From: an uncultured Thermoplasmata archaeon
GTDB taxonomy: Archaea; Thermoplasmatota; DTKX01; GCA-020343715
Direction of reading: 5' to 3'
DNA length: 64,000 bases
Assembly: GCA_964353355.1 (NCBI GenBank)
Contig: CAYGVT010000070.1
Span: 65,116 to 129,115 of the forward strand
Translations under genes and position numbers: made by a program
Shown here: piece by piece, positions 17,392-25,930 of the stretch
How positions within the stretch are numbered: the first letter of the stretch is position 1
Layout of the letters: each line of letters begins with the position of its first letter
Notes under the pieces: model-generated
What the model was told of the DNA's origin: nothing
Databases searched by the model: none
The model's input: only the letters and a program-made list of their open reading frames with translations

Positions 17392-18834
17392 ATGCTCTGG
17401 CTGCTCAGGGCGATGTTCAAGGAGGAGCTCCGGCTCCAGAGCTCCTACTCCAACCGGAGGTCCGTGTACGCGTTCCCGGGGCTCCTGTGCCTGATGTCGT
17501 TCATCGTGGCGGTGTCGCTGCCCCGCCTCGAGACCGCGGTGTCCATCGAGCGCATGCTCCTGGGCGTGCACCTGTCGTCGCTGCTATATGGCCTGACCGT
17601 GGGCGCGTTCGCGTTCCTGGGCCGCGAGATGCTCGAGCGCCGGTGGGGACAGGCCACGTTCCTGCTGTCGGTCGCGCAGACGCTCCCCGTCACCTTCCGC
17701 CGCACGTTCCTCGTGTTCTTCCTCAAGGACACGCTCTACTACGTGTTCGTCACCCTGCTGCCCGTGACGGGGGGGCTGCTGCTGAGCATCCCCATCACGC
17801 ACTTCCACGTGCTCTCGGTGCTGGCGCTCTTCGGCTCCCTCACGCTCACGTTCCTCTACGGCCTCTCCTTCTCCTTCCTCATGTCGGCCGTCTACACGCG
17901 GTCGCGGATGGCGTTCGGGGTCATCACGACCTCGGTCATCGCCCTGGTCTTGGGCGCGGCCTTCCTGCGCCTGTTCGGGGTGGGCTTCATCGCGCCCTCG
18001 ATCGCGTTCGAGTTCTCGCACGACCCCTGGGCCCTGGCCGCCTCCGCGGCGCTCAGCTTCTGCTACGCCTCCTGGGCGGTCATGCTCGTGGAGGAGCGGT
18101 TCGAGAGCCCCAGCGTGGCCGTGAAGGGCCGGTACGACGAGGCGGCGGGGAGGTTCGAACGCTTCGGCCGCCTGTCGCCCTACCTCGCCAAGGAGTGGGT
18201 CGACCTGGTACGGTCGCGCACGCTCTCGAAGATAATGCTCGCCTTCGTGCTCCCGCTCGCGGTGCTCTCCGCGTTCGACTGGTTCCTCGAGCGGACGCTG
18301 TCGACGACCATCGAGTTCACGTCCATCTTCTACGGCGGCATGGTGGGCTTCTTCGGCGTGCTCATCTACTCGTGGCTCAACAACATCGACTACGTCGAGT
18401 ACTATTCGACGTTCCCCGTCGTCGTGCCCGACATCGTCAAGGCCAAGCTCATCATGTACGTGCTGCTCACGTCCGGCATCTCCACGGGCTTCGTCGTGGC
18501 GATGTGCGCGGTCAACGGGGACTGGCAGAGGCTCCCCATCTCGCTGCTGGTCATGTTCTCGACGTCGATATACATGGTCGTCGTCACGGCCTACCTGACG
18601 GGGCTGCGCACGAACGTGTACCTCTTCGACACGCGCATCCTCATGCGGTTCGCGTTCCTGTCCGTCGTCCCGTTGATGGCGCTCACGTTCCTCTCCCTCG
18701 CGGAGGAGCGGCTGGGGTGGGTGATGGTGCTCGCCATCGCCATCGTCTGCCTCGCGCTGGGCACGGCCACGCGCCTGCTGCTGTTCCGCATCGACCGCCG
18801 GTGGCGCGGCGACACGTTCACCATGTCCGCTTGA
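17392..18834 (+). CDS. ABC transporter permease (ABC-2 type, polytopic)
   Basis: 480 aa, about 10-12 hydrophobic helices, immediately downstream of the ATPase gene. Confidence 0.75.
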   Translation: MLWLLRAMFKEELRLQSSYSNRRSVYAFPGLLCLMSFIVAVSLPRLETAVSIERMLLGVHLSSLLYGLTVGAFAFLGREMLERRWGQATFLLSVAQTLPVTFRRTFLVFFLKDTLYYVFVTLLPVTGGLLLSIPITHFHVLSVLALFGSLTLTFLYGLSFSFLMSAVYTRSRMAFGVITTSVIALVLGAAFLRLFGVGFIAPSIAFEFSHDPWALAASAALSFCYASWAVMLVEERFESPSVAVKGRYDEAAGRFERFGRLSPYLAKEWVDLVRSRTLSKIMLAFVLPLAVLSAFDWFLERTLSTTIEFTSIFYGGMVGFFGVLIYSWLNNIDYVEYYSTFPVVVPDIVKAKLIMYVLLTSGISTGFVVAMCAVNGDWQRLPISLLVMFSTSIYMVVVTAYLTGLRTNVYLFDTRILMRFAFLSVVPLMALTFLSLAEERLGWVMVLAIAIVCLALGTATRLLLFRIDRRWRGDTFTMSA

Positions 18835-18873
18835 CCCCGTCGCCGGTGCCTCCGCACGCGCCTCCGCAGCTTT

Positions 18874-19506
18874 ATGTACCGCCATCCCCATCGACGGCCC
18901 ATGGACCCCCAGGTGCACCGCGTCACGGTGTGGTGGGGCACCTTCGCGACCGCGCTGGTCCTCGCCGCGGTCGGCATCCTCGGCTACCTCACGGCCTCGG
19001 GGGGCCTCGATTGGTACCGCACGGACCTGTCGGACGCGTGCGACCTCGGCACGATGGACGTGGGCGACTACGTGCGCGTGGACGGCACAATCGCGCTGAA
19101 CGCCACCGAGGACGTGGTCGCGCGGGAGGTCGAGGTGGAGAAGGGCCCCTGGACCGTAGAGGAGCGCGAGTGGGAGGTGCCCTTCTTCTACCTCGAGGAC
19201 GAGCGCGGGGACGCCGTTGAGGTGCTCTGCACCCAGGTCCTAACGACGCGCCCCGGACCGCACGGCGGCGACTACCACCGGGGCGACGGCGCGTGCGTCG
19301 GGGGCTATGTCACGCTCGACAACGCGGGCCGCAAGGCCCTGCGCGCGGACTACGTGGGCAAGCACCCCCTGGACGCGGCCGCGCGGTTCATCGGCTACTA
19401 CTACGCGGCGATGGTCGCATCCGGCACGCTGCTGTTCCTGTTCGCCATCGGCCGGCTCTTCCTGGAGCCGCGTCGCAAGTCGGGCAGGGGCTGGCGCGTC
19501 GCGTGA
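18874..19506 (+). CDS. Hypothetical membrane protein (2 TM flanking an extracytoplasmic domain)
   Basis: TM near N-terminus (WGTFATALVLAAVGILGYL) and C-terminus (AAMVASGTLLFLFAIG); alternative start ATG 18901. Confidence 0.45.
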   Translation: MYRHPHRRPMDPQVHRVTVWWGTFATALVLAAVGILGYLTASGGLDWYRTDLSDACDLGTMDVGDYVRVDGTIALNATEDVVAREVEVEKGPWTVEEREWEVPFFYLEDERGDAVEVLCTQVLTTRPGPHGGDYHRGDGACVGGYVTLDNAGRKALRADYVGKHPLDAAARFIGYYYAAMVASGTLLFLFAIGRLFLEPRRKSGRGWRVA

Positions 19507-19510
19507 CGCG

Positions 19511-20212
19511 TCATCGGCCGCGGCGGCGGCGGTCGCGGCGGCGGCGCCGCCCGCCGCCTGACGCCGCCACGCTCCCGCGCGGGCCCTTCGGCCCCTCCAC
19601 TGCGAGAGCCCCTTCGTCGCACCCCTGCATAGGGGCCTCCTCCCCGGGGGGTCCCTCGCCCCCGCCCCCCGCCCCCCCGGCGCCCTCGCCGACCTCGCCC
19701 TGCTCGAGGTAGAGCCTCTGTATGGCCACGACCTCGGCGCTGTTGGCGGCGCCCGCGTAGTCCTCCAGCGGCTCGGCGTTGAGCCTGAGGAAGGTGGGGC
19801 CCCATGAGTGCACCCGCGCCAGGCGCTCGGCGTGGGCGCCCTCGCCCAGGATGACGAGGGCGGCCATCGCCGCCTCCAGGCTCGAGAGCCGCATCGACCT
19901 GCCGTAGTTGACCGGGTTGGCCGCGAGCAGGAACGGCAGCGCGCGGCTCTCGAGGTTTGCGACCCTGCGCGCGGCGTCGAAGGTCTCCTCCGCGCGCTGC
20001 CAGCTGCAGTCGAGCACGACGATGCCCCGCTTGACCGCGGTGTCGAGGTCCTCCCGCGACAGCGCCTTTTGCGCGAAAGGGTCGAGCAGCAGCGCCCCCC
20101 TCGGCAGCCGGCCGAGGCGGGGCACCTCGATGGCGAGGCCCATGCGCCCCAGTCGCCTGGCGGTGCACCTCTTGGGGTCGCACTGGCCCGCGTCCCAGAC
20201 GTAGACGTGCAC
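19511..20212 (-). CDS. tsr3: Tsr3-family rRNA aminocarboxypropyltransferase (DUF367) with low-complexity C-terminal tail
   Basis: HVYVWDAGQCDPKRCTARRL and VLDCSW motifs; GTG start at 20212 reproduces the canonical Tsr3 N-terminus (ORF-track TTG 20278 is an alternative); 60-aa Gly/Glu/Arg-rich C-terminal extension. Confidence 0.6.
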   Translation of the reverse strand: MHVYVWDAGQCDPKRCTARRLGRMGLAIEVPRLGRLPRGALLLDPFAQKALSREDLDTAVKRGIVVLDCSWQRAEETFDAARRVANLESRALPFLLAANPVNYGRSMRLSSLEAAMAALVILGEGAHAERLARVHSWGPTFLRLNAEPLEDYAGAANSAEVVAIQRLYLEQGEVGEGAGGAGGGGEGPPGEEAPMQGCDEGALAVEGPKGPRGSVAASGGGRRRRRDRRRRGR

Positions 20213-20317
20213 GCGCTCGCCCGGGGCGAGCTCGTCGCGCACCTGGAACGTGTCGGCCCTGTACTTCCAGCCCTTCAATTCAGCCCAGGCCCCCCCACCG
20301 GACCGCGATCGCGGCCC

Positions 20318-21514
20318 TCACAGGAGCTCCTCGAGCTCCTTGACCACCTCGGGGTACCGCGCCTGGACCATGCGCAGTATCTCCATGGTGGTCACGCGCT
20401 CTATCTTGTAGCCCTGGAGCGCGTCAACGACCTTGTTGAAGATGTCGTCTGAGAGCGTGATGAGCTTCTCCTTGGCCACGTAGTTGCGGATGAGCTGCTC
20501 CTCGCACAGCGCGCGCCAGCCCTTCTCGTAGCGCTGCAGGAAGGCCCTGGAGAAGTCGGACGCGTCGTGGCACTCCTTCGCGACCCGGCCCGCGACCATG
20601 CCGGACTTGACCGCGTTCACGACGCCGCCGCCGGTGATGGGGTCGACCATCCTTCCCGCGTCGCCGACCAGGACGATGCCGTCCGCTGTCGTGCTCTCGA
20701 TGGGGAAGCACACGGACACCGCGCCCGCGACCGTCTCGACGTTCTGGCCCTTCGCCAGGTTCGGGTGGCGGGCGATGAACTTGTCCAAGCAGCCCTTAAC
20801 GGCCGCGCGGCCCGATATCATGGAGAGGTTCACGCCGATGCCGACGTTCGCGGAATCGTCGGACTTGTTGAAGACCCAGATGTAGCCGCCCGGGGCCTGC
20901 GAGCCCAGGTGGAACTCGTTGAAGTCCGGGTCGATGTCGATGCCGACGAGCTCGTACTGCAGGCACGTGTTGATGTCCTTGGGGACGAGCTTGGTTTCGA
21001 TGCCCGCCCACCGGCCCACCTGGCTCTCGTAGCCGTCCGCGGCCACGACCATCGGGGCCCGGAGCTCGAGCTCCCTGTCCCAGTGCTTGGCGCGCACGCC
21101 CGCGACCGCGCCCCTCGCGTCCTTGAGCACCGCGGTGGCGGCGCACTTGAGGAGCGTCTTGGCCCCTGCGCGCACGGCCTGCTCGGCCAGCGTGCGGTCG
21201 AACCTGTCGCGGTGCACGACGTAGCCCGTCTCGTTGCCCGCCTGCGACTCGGTCAGGTCGATGGACTTGCCGTCGGGCGCGACGATGCGCGCGCCCTTGA
21301 CCTCGTGCGATATCCAGCCGCGGTCGGGCGGGATGCTGACCTCGTCGAGCCAGACCTTGGCGATGCCCTCGCCGCACCGCACGGGCGCGCCGATCTCCTG
21401 GCGCTTCTCTATCATCAGCACGTCGAGGCCCGCCCTCGCGGCCTCCCTGGCCGCCATGCTGCCGCCAGGGCCCGCGCCCACGACGACCACGTCCCACTCC
21501 TGGACCTCCGCCAT
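20318..21514 (-). CDS. ggr: Geranylgeranyl reductase family (digeranylgeranylglycerophospholipid reductase)
   Basis: FAD-binding VVVVGAGPGGSMAA; 398 aa with GGR-family features; the rest of the 1035-aa ORF in the track is run-on. Confidence 0.9.
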   Translation of the reverse strand: MAEVQEWDVVVVGAGPGGSMAAREAARAGLDVLMIEKRQEIGAPVRCGEGIAKVWLDEVSIPPDRGWISHEVKGARIVAPDGKSIDLTESQAGNETGYVVHRDRFDRTLAEQAVRAGAKTLLKCAATAVLKDARGAVAGVRAKHWDRELELRAPMVVAADGYESQVGRWAGIETKLVPKDINTCLQYELVGIDIDPDFNEFHLGSQAPGGYIWVFNKSDDSANVGIGVNLSMISGRAAVKGCLDKFIARHPNLAKGQNVETVAGAVSVCFPIESTTADGIVLVGDAGRMVDPITGGGVVNAVKSGMVAGRVAKECHDASDFSRAFLQRYEKGWRALCEEQLIRNYVAKEKLITLSDDIFNKVVDALQGYKIERVTTMEILRMVQARYPEVVKELEELL

Positions 21515-21516
21515 GC

Positions 21517-21702
21517 TCACCCCTCCACGTCCTCGAGCGCTCCCACGGGGCACGTCGTCACGCACACCCCGCAGTGCACGCAGTCGTCGTTGACCCAGAC
21601 GACGGTCTCGTCGAGGGTCAGGGCGTTCATCGGGCACGTGCCCACGCACGCGCCGCAGTGCATGCATATCGTGTGGTCGACCGTTATCGTCATCGTTGCC
21701 AC
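21517..21702 (-). CDS. fdx: 2x[4Fe-4S] ferredoxin
   Basis: Two CxxCxxCxxxCP motifs (CMHCGACVGTCP, CVHCGVCVTTCP); 61 aa; stop is 3 nt from the GGR start. Confidence 0.85.
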   Translation of the reverse strand: MATMTITVDHTICMHCGACVGTCPMNALTLDETVVWVNDDCVHCGVCVTTCPVGALEDVEG

Positions 21703-21732
21703 CCCCTGTCACCTCTCCACCGTGCGCGAGCG

Positions 21733-23415
21733 TCAGCGCGCCTTGCCGGGCGCCGTCACCGGCTTGGAGCTCGCCTTCCACGCGTTGCCGGCCACCGGCA
21801 TCTCCCCCTCGATGGACTCGAGGACCTCCTTGGGCACGAGCACGCCCTTGCGGCGGCGCTCCTCCATGAGCCGCTCCTCGCGCTCGCGGAAGGTCTTGTA
21901 GTCCGCGTTGGACATGGCCATCGACTTCTCGACCTGGTCGCGGAAGACCGGGCCCGAGTTGTAGGCGCAGAACGGGATGATGCGCCCGTCCGGGACCGCG
22001 TAGTGGATGACGCACCGCTTGACGCGCTCGATGTCGTAGTTGTACCGGTCCTGGAAGTGCATGCCGCCTATCATGAGGCTGCGCCACGTGAAGTGCGAGA
22101 GCGCCTTTTTGTCGCCCTCGGTGTAGATGGACTTTATCAGGTCGGACATGCCGATGCCGCCGGGCGACTTGCTCTTGTCGATGTACTTGCCCACGAGCAA
22201 CTTGAGCAGCCGGACCTTGGCCGCGCCCTTCAGGCGCGAGCGCTCGATGTCGTCGGCGACCTTCTCGACGTCCTCGAGCAGGCGCGGCACGTCGATGAAA
22301 CGCGTCACCGGGATGGGCGTGCCGTCGTCCTCGACGAAGATGAAGGTGGCGATGCCGCAGTGCGCATGGGAGGTGAAGGCGACCTTGGGGTCGCCCTTGA
22401 GAAGCGTGGCGAGCTCCGAGAAGACCGCAACCGACGGCACCGGGAAGAAGTCGTCCTTCGCGAGGAAGTCGGTCTGCTTGGCGAGGCGGTCGACCAGGTC
22501 GGCGAGCGTGAACCGCTTCTGCTCCAGCTCGGACTTGTCGATGCGCCCCGTGAACGCGACGGGCTGGAAGTTGACGGCGTGGATGACGTCGATGTTCTTG
22601 AGCGCGAAGTTGACGATGTCGCCCACCATGTGGTCGTTGACGGTGTTCACCACCGTCGGCACCAGGCAGATGGACATGTGCGGGTTGGCCTTGCGCACGT
22701 TCTCGATGGCCCGGAGCTTGACGTCGAGCATGGGCCGGCCTCGGACGGACTTGTACATCTCGTCGTCGAAGCCGTCGAACTGCAGATAGACCGTGTGGAC
22801 GCCCGCCTCGACCATGCGCTGGGCGAAGGTCGGGTCCTCGGCAAGTAGCAATCCGTTGGTCGCGACCTGGATCTGGGAGAAGCCGAGCACCTTGGCCGCG
22901 CGCACGGCCTCGAAGAAGTACGGGTAGACCGTCGGCTCGCCGCCCGCGAACTGCACGCTGGGGGTGGGGACGGGGCGGTTGGCACGCAGGTTGCGCAGCA
23001 TGTCGAGCACCTGGTCGAACGTGGGCTCGACGATGAAGCCCGACATGTTGGCATTGGCGAAGCACACCGGGCACCTGAGGTTGCACCTGTTGGTGAGGTC
23101 GACGTTGGCGAGCACGGTGTGGGACTTGTGCATCTGGCACAGGCCGCAGTCGGTCGGGCACTCCTTGGCGTCGGGCTCGATGGGGTTGAGCACGCCGATG
23201 CCGTCGTGCGCCCACCGCTCGACTTTGAGGTAGAGGCCCACGTCCGAGTAGTAGACGTCCTCGAAATGCCCGTGCTCGGGGCAGTCCTTGACCATCAGGA
23301 CCTTGCCGTCGCGCTCGATGATGTCGGCCGGGATGATGCCCACGCACTCCGGGCACAGCGACTGGGTGTGCTTCGGGAGGCCCTTGGGGAGCCCGTACTG
23401 CTTGATGACGCTCAT
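21733..23415 (-). CDS. Radical SAM protein with N-terminal Cys-rich (rubredoxin/zinc-ribbon-like) domain; possible tetraether lipid synthase (Tes/GDGT-MAS)-like
   Basis: Radical SAM CxxxCxxC (CNLRCPVC); N-terminal CPEC..CPEHGH..CPTDCGLC; 560 aa; operon with ferredoxin and GGR. Confidence 0.6.
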   Translation of the reverse strand: MSVIKQYGLPKGLPKHTQSLCPECVGIIPADIIERDGKVLMVKDCPEHGHFEDVYYSDVGLYLKVERWAHDGIGVLNPIEPDAKECPTDCGLCQMHKSHTVLANVDLTNRCNLRCPVCFANANMSGFIVEPTFDQVLDMLRNLRANRPVPTPSVQFAGGEPTVYPYFFEAVRAAKVLGFSQIQVATNGLLLAEDPTFAQRMVEAGVHTVYLQFDGFDDEMYKSVRGRPMLDVKLRAIENVRKANPHMSICLVPTVVNTVNDHMVGDIVNFALKNIDVIHAVNFQPVAFTGRIDKSELEQKRFTLADLVDRLAKQTDFLAKDDFFPVPSVAVFSELATLLKGDPKVAFTSHAHCGIATFIFVEDDGTPIPVTRFIDVPRLLEDVEKVADDIERSRLKGAAKVRLLKLLVGKYIDKSKSPGGIGMSDLIKSIYTEGDKKALSHFTWRSLMIGGMHFQDRYNYDIERVKRCVIHYAVPDGRIIPFCAYNSGPVFRDQVEKSMAMSNADYKTFREREERLMEERRRKGVLVPKEVLESIEGEMPVAGNAWKASSKPVTAPGKAR

Positions 23416-23455
23416 CTGAACTCACGGTCCGGGCGCCATAGAGAGGGCCGGAGGA

Positions 23456-23467
23456 TTTATAGCTTTT
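23456..23467. promoter_or_regulatory. TATA-like element (tttatagctttt) in the divergent spacer between the radical SAM operon and the TrmB regulator
   Basis: Only AT-rich segment of the spacer; 40-45 bp from the radical SAM start. Confidence 0.35.
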
Positions 23468-23481
23468 GTAGCTTTAGCTAC
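23468..23481. promoter_or_regulatory. Perfect 14-bp palindrome GTAGCTttAGCTAC (candidate operator)
   Basis: Perfect palindrome seen directly in the sequence, adjacent to the TATA element, between a TrmB-family regulator gene and the lipid operon; a third TAGCT copy lies just upstream. Confidence 0.35.
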
Positions 23482-23551
23482 TACGTACGGCGCGACCGCC
23501 CCCGGGATGGTGCCTGGCGGTAGGTGTGCGCGCCAATGGAGGACGCGACCC

Positions 23552-24361
23552 ATGCTGGACAGCTTCGTGCAGGACCTGGGCATCGACATGCGCAAGGAGT
23601 TTGAGGTGGCCGCGAGGAACCTGGAGGCCACGGGCCTGTCCTCCTACGAGGCCAAGGCCTACGTCGCGCTGGTGGCAATGGGCTTCGGGACGGCCGACGA
23701 GATAGCGGACCTCGCGCGCATCCCGCGCACGTCCTGCTACAAGGTCCTCAAGGCGCTCGAGGAGAAGGCCTTCGCCACCGCGACCGCCGGTCGGCCCATC
23801 GTCTACCGGCCCGAGGACCCCACGGTCGTCTACGGGCGCATCAAGGCCGGTCTCGACGAGACGTTCGCCAAGCTCGAGCTGCTGCACGAGGTCGTGCGCG
23901 AGAAGGGCTCGCCGCAGCTCATCTTCACCATCACGGGAAGGCCCCGCGTGCTCGACAAGATATCGGAGCTGCTGAACGTGGCCCGCACCTCCTTCATCAT
24001 CTCGACGCCCGTCTACTCGGAGCTGCGCTCGACCATAGGCGAGCGCACGCGCCACGCGCTCTCCCGCGGGGTGCAGGTGACGGTCATAGTCGAGCCAGGC
24101 GTGCGGGTCGAGCCGGGCGTGCGCGTCGTGCGCGCCAGCGGGCTCGTGGCCACGGACGTCGTGTCCGACGAGTCGCTCGCGCTCATCGCCGCCCCTGACC
24201 TCTCCGCCTGCGGCTTCTCGGCCAACCCGTTCCTGGCGCAGCACCTGCGCCGCTTCCTCGACATCCTCATCCGCGAGGGCGAGGGCAAGGGCGATGGTAA
24301 GGGCGAGGGCAAGGGCGAGGGCAAGGGCGAGGGCAAGGCAATCAACAGAGCCGAGGGTTAG
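23552..24361 (+). CDS. TrmB-family transcriptional regulator
   Basis: N-terminal HTH LSSYEAKAYVALVAMGFGTADEIADLARIPRTSCYKVLKALEEKAF; alternative start ATG 23507; C-terminal (EGKG)n repeat. Confidence 0.75.
   Translation: MLDSFVQDLGIDMRKEFEVAARNLEATGLSSYEAKAYVALVAMGFGTADEIADLARIPRTSCYKVLKALEEKAFATATAGRPIVYRPEDPTVVYGRIKAGLDETFAKLELLHEVVREKGSPQLIFTITGRPRVLDKISELLNVARTSFIISTPVYSELRSTIGERTRHALSRGVQVTVIVEPGVRVEPGVRVVRASGLVATDVVSDESLALIAAPDLSACGFSANPFLAQHLRRFLDILIREGEGKGDGKGEGKGEGKGEGKAINRAEG
24275..24338 (+). repeat. 12-bp tandem repeat (gagggcaagggc) x5, coding (EGKG)n
   Basis: Direct repeats visible in the sequence at the 3' end of the TrmB-family gene. Confidence 0.7.
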
Positions 24362-24427
24362 GGGGCGGGCCGGTAGGGCGCCCTGGGGCTGACGGACCGT
24401 GGCATGGACTGGCGGCGGGCTGTCGCG

Positions 24428-25930
24428 CTAGCCCTTCGTCTGAGGCTGCTTCGCCTGGAGGGCGGCCAGGTCATGCCACGTGTAGACCGGGTTGCGTGCG
24501 CCGTAGACCTCGTCGACGCGCGTGACGGGCGCGACGTGCGGGGCGGTGCGCAGCAGCTCGGGCTCGCGCTGCGCCTCGTCCGCGATGGCCAGCATCGCGT
24601 CCGCGAACGCGTCGAGCTCGCGCTTGGGCTCGGTCTCGGTCGGCTCGATCATGATGGCCTCATCCACGATGTGCGGGAAGTAGACCGTCGGCGGGTGGAA
24701 CCCGTAGTCGATGAGCCGCTTGACAACGTCGAGCGACCGCAGGTTCTGCGCCTTGAACTCGCGGCCGCTCAGCACGAACTCGTGCTTGCGCAGCTGCCTG
24801 TGCGGCATCGGGTACCGGTCCTTCAGGCGGTGGGCGAGGTAGTTGCTCGAGAGGCACGCGAGCTCGCCCGCGCGCTTGAGGCCGTCGCCGCCCATGAGCC
24901 TTATGTAGGCGTAGGCGCGCACGAGCACCCCCACGTTGCCGTAGAAGCTGCGGACCTTGCCGATGCTCTTGGGCCGGTCGCTGTCCATGTAGTAGACGTC
25001 GTCCTGCTTGGCCACGATGGGCACCGGCAGGAACTTGGCCAGGGGCTCGGCCACGCCCACGGGGCCGGAGCCGGGGCCGCCGCCGCCGTGGGGCGTCGCG
25101 AAGGTCTTGTGCAAGTTGAAGTGCACGATGTCGTAGTTCATGTCGCCCGGGCGCACGCGGCCGACGATGGCATTGAGGTTCGCGCCATCGTAGTAGAGCA
25201 GCGCGCCCTTGTCGTGCAGGATGCGCGCGATGGAGAGCACGTCCTGCTCGAAGATGCCGAGCGTGTTCGGGTTGGTGAGCATGAACGCGGCCGTCTTGTC
25301 GGACACGGCGCGCTCGAGCGCGTCCAGGTCGACGGTCCCGTCCTTGGACGGCAGCTCCACGCAGTCGAAGCCCGCCATCACGGCCGAGGCGGGGTTCGTG
25401 CCGTGCGACGTGTCGGGCAGCAGCACCTCGGTTCTCCTCTCGCCGACGTCGTCGAAATGGGCGCGGACCAGGCGCATGCCCAGGAACTCGCCGTGGGCGC
25501 CCGCGGAGGGCTGGAGCGACACCTCGTGCACGCCGCCGATCTCGCAGAGCATCCGCTGCAGCTCGTACATGATGCGCAGCAGGCCCTGGACGGAGGCCTC
25601 CGGCTGGTGGGGGTGGATGCGCGCGACGCTCGGGTGGGACGCGAGCTGGTCGCAGACCTTGGGGTTGTACTTCATGGTGCACGAGCCGAGGGGGTACATG
25701 CCGGAATCCACGCCGAAGTTCATTCGGCTGAGCTGCGTGTAGTGCCGCACGACGGTGGGCTCGGCCATCGACGGTATCGACGGGGGCTCCATGCGGCGCA
25801 TGCGCTCGGGGACGAACGCCCAGTCGAACGCGGGCTCCTCGGAGATGTGGCAGCAGTCCTGCGCCTCGTCGAGCTCGTTGAGGAGCGGGACCTGATGGAC
25901 GGCGGCGTGGTAGCGGGGCGGCGCCATCAC
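24428..25930 (-). CDS. gcvPB: Glycine dehydrogenase (decarboxylating) subunit 2
   Basis: PLP-dependent P-protein C-terminal half (LYYDGANLNAIVG, HFNLHKTF lysine motif), 500 aa. Confidence 0.9.
   Translation of the reverse strand: MMAPPRYHAAVHQVPLLNELDEAQDCCHISEEPAFDWAFVPERMRRMEPPSIPSMAEPTVVRHYTQLSRMNFGVDSGMYPLGSCTMKYNPKVCDQLASHPSVARIHPHQPEASVQGLLRIMYELQRMLCEIGGVHEVSLQPSAGAHGEFLGMRLVRAHFDDVGERRTEVLLPDTSHGTNPASAVMAGFDCVELPSKDGTVDLDALERAVSDKTAAFMLTNPNTLGIFEQDVLSIARILHDKGALLYYDGANLNAIVGRVRPGDMNYDIVHFNLHKTFATPHGGGGPGSGPVGVAEPLAKFLPVPIVAKQDDVYYMDSDRPKSIGKVRSFYGNVGVLVRAYAYIRLMGGDGLKRAGELACLSSNYLAHRLKDRYPMPHRQLRKHEFVLSGREFKAQNLRSLDVVKRLIDYGFHPPTVYFPHIVDEAIMIEPTETEPKRELDAFADAMLAIADEAQREPELLRTAPHVAPVTRVDEVYGARNPVYTWHDLAALQAKQPQTKG

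Noticed and set aside
23507-23551. Upstream ATG 23507 as TrmB start (MVPGGRCARQWRTRP…)
   Set aside because: Arg-rich 15-aa leader looks like GC-run-on; ATG 23552 gives a typical TrmB N-terminus. Retained only as an alternative
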